The position numbers and the translations under genes are program-made. A stretch of DNA of 63,968 nt, the filler included, from Craspedostauros australis (Eukaryota), in NCBI GenBank assembly GCA_030167865.1. It is 5 parts of 5 records of this genome, joined end to end, with 100 filler letters (N's around TTAATTAATTAA, not from the genome) between each part and the next. Parts side by side here need not be neighbours in the genome. Positions count along the whole stretch, not along the records: positions 60,010 to 62,796 come from JALAGF010000853.1; positions 62,897 to 63,968 come from JALAGF010000883.1; 3 more parts are not named here. One strand, written 5' to 3'. Positions 60,010 to 63,968 of this stretch are shown one piece after another; position 1 is the first letter of the stretch; every line of letters begins with the position of its first letter. Below the pieces are notes generated by a model. That model made no database searches. It saw only the letters and a program-made list of their open reading frames with translations, and had not been told where the DNA came from.

Positions 60010-61828
60010 AGTCCAAGCCACCGTAGCGTACGTGTTTCGTTTCAGCTTGTTTTCCGACCTATGGTAATTTTTGTTTTTTACCGTTGCTCCCAGAGAGCAA
60101 AGCTGTCACCTTCCCGGATGCATTCGTCGCCTGTCGCGTGAAGGAGCGCCATCGTCGTTGGGTTTGTCTGTTGTCTGGTCCAGTTTTGTCGCAGAAACGA
60201 CAGAACATTTTGAGTACCCGTGCCTTTGGAGTAGAGTGAAGCAAATTCCGCGTTTGATTCATCATTGAGATTCTCGATGACATTGTGTTTCGCACTTGTC
60301 CCTCACACTGTTGATACGACCCGATTCTTAACTACGATAGTATGGGCGCAACGATGACACTTTACTACCTCGATACGGCACTAGATCAAGTCACCCGATC
60401 GTCAAACATTTAATATTGACGCAAACAAGGCACGCCCACAACAAAATCAGGCCCAACCAACGCTCCCAATGACTGCTTGTTGGCGCGAGAGTCCATAAAA
60501 TCGAACAGTTGCTGGTTTTGTGTCGAACATCCACAGTTTGTATCAACAACAGGACCTGCGCTCCCTGGGCAAACAGAGATGATTCCGTGCTCGTCTCGTC
60601 TGTCTTGGTGACACGCCACCAACAAACACATCCAACATTCAACACAGCACATGGGTGGATCTGCCGACAACAACATCGCAACGATTGAAGGCACACGGTT
60701 TGGTGTGCAGAGGGGAGGAGAGTCAACACCCGCATTGAACGAATGGAGCATCTCTGCGAGTATTGTCCATTTGAAGTTCAACGGCAGCAAAAACATGTGC
60801 ACATCGTTGATTCCAACAGAGGCAAGGAGGAGTCGCGTTCTTCCTGTCCTTGCGCGCGCTCCCTCCGAAACGAAGCGAGGATCGCCAACGCTGGCGGTGA
60901 CGGCAACGATCATTCAACAACCACCATCATTCATCGCTCAGTGCGCCGGTGTTCGTGCTCTTTCTCCCCAGACGGCACAACAAGGGCCACCGTTTGTGTG
61001 TCTGTTGATCGTTGAAAAGGCTGCAAGCTTTGATCAATTGCAGGAGATTGCAGGACACTGTCGCCTTTCTCATGCATGGCTCGTTCATGTTGCCGACAAA
61101 CGCCACCAGGACCGCGAACACGAGGCGATGGGAAGAGGAAGACGAGCGAAGGCCAACAAAGATGATTCCAACATCCAGTGGGTCCGTTGCAACTGTTTCG
61201 TCCGTTGTCACTCACATTCCACAAATTAAGTAGAGGAATGTGTTCGTGAAGAAACCATCAACTTGATATGTTTCCTTTATTGGATATTTGCCGCATATCC
61301 ACCCGAACCGCTCTGCGACAGGTATCATCCCGTCATCGAGCGACGCTTGTCGTTTCATTCCATTTGGTGTGCATCTACCATGGTCACTGTTTGTGCTTCC
61401 CCAAACACTCTGGTACTCGCTCGCGAGATCACCTTGTTTTGGGAAAGGCGTCGACACCCGTTTGTTGAATGGCGCTGAAATGAGAGAGTCTTCTACAGGT
61501 ATGGCACACACAAGGATGGAAATGAAGGCTGTGGCGAGTTGCGATCCTTCGTGCGATTGCATTGCTTTGAGAATATCGTCGTATAAGTTGCCGACATTGA
61601 CGTTGAATCGGTCGTATCTGTTTTTGTGGGCTGCCATCGTTTCTTACTTGGTGTAGAAGCATGAGGTGCAACAGGTGCAGATAACTTCTGGGTCTTCGCC
61701 ATGCGGACCGCTTGCGCAGTCACTTCGGAAATACCTGAAAGAGAATGAAGATGCGCAGAAGAGGGGGTCAAGGTCGCCGATGAAGTTGTTATATTGCAGG
61801 AAAAGATAGGCAACCTGTGCAAGCTGAG

Positions 61829-62413
61829 CTAGTTCTGTTGGGCCAATGGAACCGAATTAGATTCCGGGGATCCTGACTTTTCCCAATGATGCAAGGAGAC
61901 CAGATTGGTGAAATCCAGGTCAAGAATGGTGAGTACTGCCAGTTTACCAATCTCGGGTGGAAGCTGTCCAGTGAAGTGCACCTGTTCCAAGTCAAGATGT
62001 CCCAATGCTGTCAGTTGACCAATCTCGGATGGAAGCTTTCCAGTCAAGCCGGTAGACCCCAGATCAAGAGAGGCAAGAGCTGTCAGCTGACCAATCTGAG
62101 ATGGAAGTGGTCCAGTGACTTTGGTCCGATGTAGACTAAGTGTGGTGAGTGCGGTCAGTTGACCAATCTCGGACGGAATCTGTCCAGCGAAATCGTTGTG
62201 ATTCAGGTCAAGACGTGACAATGCTATCAGTAGACCAATCTCGGATGGAAGCCGCCCAGTGAAGTCGTTCCCTCGTAGACGAAGACCAGTGATCGCTGTC
62301 AGTTGGCCAATTTCGGATGGAAGCCGTCCTGTCAAGTCGTTCTCTGTCAGGAATCGGAGGTACGACTTTGTCAAGATACCCATGATTGCCGCACCTCCCA
62401 ATAATATCTTCAC
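61829..62413 (-). pseudogene. Plant-type 24-aa LRR gene fragment (about six 72-bp repeats)
   Basis: NDLTGRLPSEIGQLTAITGLRL-type repeats at about 62344-61905. A probable acceptor CTGACAG precedes them. The repeat breaks abruptly after LDLDFTNL, and no upstream exon is evident. Confidence 0.7.
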
Positions 62414-62432
62414 GACTCAATAGATTCAACAT

Positions 62433-62796
62433 TGTTGATCACACTCGGACAACCTTGTAAGCCTGTCCCACCTCACGCAACCAATCGTGTCTTGCATCAC
62501 AGGGTCTGTCCACGGTCCGTCATGGAAGTGAGGGCGAACCTATGATTTTACCACTAGGGATGCATCCGCGCATGGGCCAACAACTATGGACAACGCGAAC
62601 AATAAATCCCAACCAAGTCGACGCGCCTCTACGGACAGAGACACACCGGAGTCACCTGAAAGGGAGAAACGGTGAGAAGGAGAAACAGAGGCGATCCCCC
62701 AGTCACCCAAGAGCACGAAAGAGAAACGACAGGTGACATGATGGTCGTGTGAGAGGAATTCTGAGGAATCGAGGACGATGTGGGATCGATCGATAC
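62433..62796. mobile_element. Possible LTR or other repeat fragment inserted upstream of the LRR remnant
   Basis: Begins TGTTGA, is non-coding, purine-skewed and runs to the contig end. The other boundary is not visible. Confidence 0.2.
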
Positions 62797-62896
62797 NNNN
62801 NNNNNNNNNNNNNNNNNNNNNNNNNNNNNNNNNNNNNNNNTTAATTAATTAANNNNNNNNNNNNNNNNNNNNNNNNNNNNNNNNNNNNNNNNNNNN
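62797..62896. other. Artificial contig linker
   Basis: N44-TTAATTAATTAA-N44. Confidence 0.98.
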
Positions 62897-63328
62897 ACAG
62901 ATCCAGAACCTTGAAGCGGATCTTCGGAATTCGTGTCAAGGAACCAATGGGGTTCCGATAACCAAGCTTCTGACACCCGCTATCGCCAAAACACCGACGC
63001 ACGGAACCAAAGCCACAACAACGATCATCATCGCCCATTGTCTCTCACAGAACCCAGACGACGGATCTCGACCCACGGTACTCGGGCTACACAACCCATA
63101 TGCACTGTCAACCAGGACACCACAGGAGATTCCCATCGAAGAGAAGAACCATAGCACTAATCTCATAATCCGCACGTTTCTTCACCATCTACCAGTATTC
63201 TAAATTGACTACTTGTGGAACAGAAGACTCNNNNNNNNNNNNNNNNNNNNNNNNNNNNNNNNNNNNNNNNNNNNNNNNNNNNNCCAACAAGACAACAGCC
63301 ATTACGTTTGGGCTCTATTAGATTAACA
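62897..63328 (+). mobile_element. Partial 5' LTR of a second putative LTR retrotransposon (assembly gap 63231-63283)
   Basis: Ends TAGATTAACA and is followed by GTCGCA, as in the element at 162-184. It sits at a contig start with ambiguous bases, as expected for a repeat. Confidence 0.55.
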
Positions 63329-63365
63329 GTCGCAAAAGATTGTCAAGCTCTTAGACCTCTGCAAG

Positions 63366-63968
63366 ATGACAGTCACCCAACGCCTCCAAGACTCCAACCG
63401 GCCACCTCCCAAGAGGAGCCCAGGAGACAGGACCGAAGCCTTCGAGGCCCTTCCCGCGGACCCGAAGGACCCAAGCCTCTCTGCCATCCTTGATGGCACG
63501 CCAGGCTACCCCACGACTGGGCCGTCTTCGCTCTCCTTCGTGGACATCGGAGTCGACTTCATCGAGGTCACCTTCCGACACCCCATCATCGTGGATGCAT
63601 GGAACCGAAAGGAAAGAACCAACGAAACCGAANTCGTGCGCCACGTCCACAAGACTACCTGGAACGCGTTCACGGAACTCNNACAGGAGTTTCGGATCAG
63701 CATCGAAACCGCCATGATCTTTGATCTCTTCCCAACCAAGACCCTCGCAGAAGAGAAGACCATCTCCCAACTGTTGATCACCATCCACGAAGAGGCTACC
63801 GACATGGACCCGGCATTAGTCATGTTCAACCTCAAGCACCCGGACGACGTAGCAAGGAACTACGAGACAGGACTCCTCATCTATCACATCGGAGAATGGG
63901 TCAGATCCATCGAAGTGGAGGAGGAATCCACCCTCGAATCCACCCTTGACGCGATGTTCGCCGACACG
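63366..63968 (+). CDS. Open-ended ORF immediately after the LTR, putative gag-like polyprotein N-terminus (absent from the ORF track because it has no stop)
   Basis: ATG at 63366, then 201 codons with no stop to the window end (MTVTQRLQDSNRPPPKRS...STLDAMFADT). The gag call rests on position only; no motif was recognised. Confidence 0.55.
   Translation, partial: MTVTQRLQDSNRPPPKRSPGDRTEAFEALPADPKDPSLSAILDGTPGYPTTGPSSLSFVDIGVDFIEVTFRHPIIVDAWNRKERTNETEXVRHVHKTTWNAFTELXQEFRISIETAMIFDLFPTKTLAEEKTISQLLITIHEEATDMDPALVMFNLKHPDDVARNYETGLLIYHIGEWVRSIEVEEESTLESTLDAMFADT

Noticed and set aside
60010..61800. ORFs such as 61212-61637 (-) and 60651-61229 (+)
   Set aside because: No recognisable domain. 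Possibly decayed fragments, but not supportable.

Overview
Eukaryotic genomic DNA, most likely a pennate diatom. This is inferred from short GT-AG introns, HA-domain and RNI-like LRR families, bipartite signal peptides and Gln/Ala-rich low-complexity proteins. The window holds five contigs joined by artificial 100-nt N44-TTAATTAATTAA-N44 linkers, so adjacency across them is not evidence. Contig 1: a putative LTR containing a tRNA-like Pol III cassette, two RNI-like LRR genes, a 3-exon SERCA-type Ca2+-ATPase, a long disordered protein, and a protein with a toxin-RNase-like C-terminus. Contig 2: two intron-split, divergent PAS-like paralogs flanking a thymidine phosphorylase, an HA-domain protein, a bZIP factor and a dirigent/AOC-like protein. 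Contig 3: an HA-domain protein, a MITE, a RING protein, a GT61-like glycosyltransferase and a 5'-truncated FAAL-carrier protein-Pls-like membrane synthetase. Contigs 4-5: an LRR remnant and a second putative LTR element whose LTR end matches the first at 22/23 nt. Best candidates for something new are the tRNA-bearing LTR family with no canonical primer-binding site, the FAAL/Pls-like synthetase, and the hidden PAS-like pair. All family assignments come from motif recognition by eye; no searches were run.
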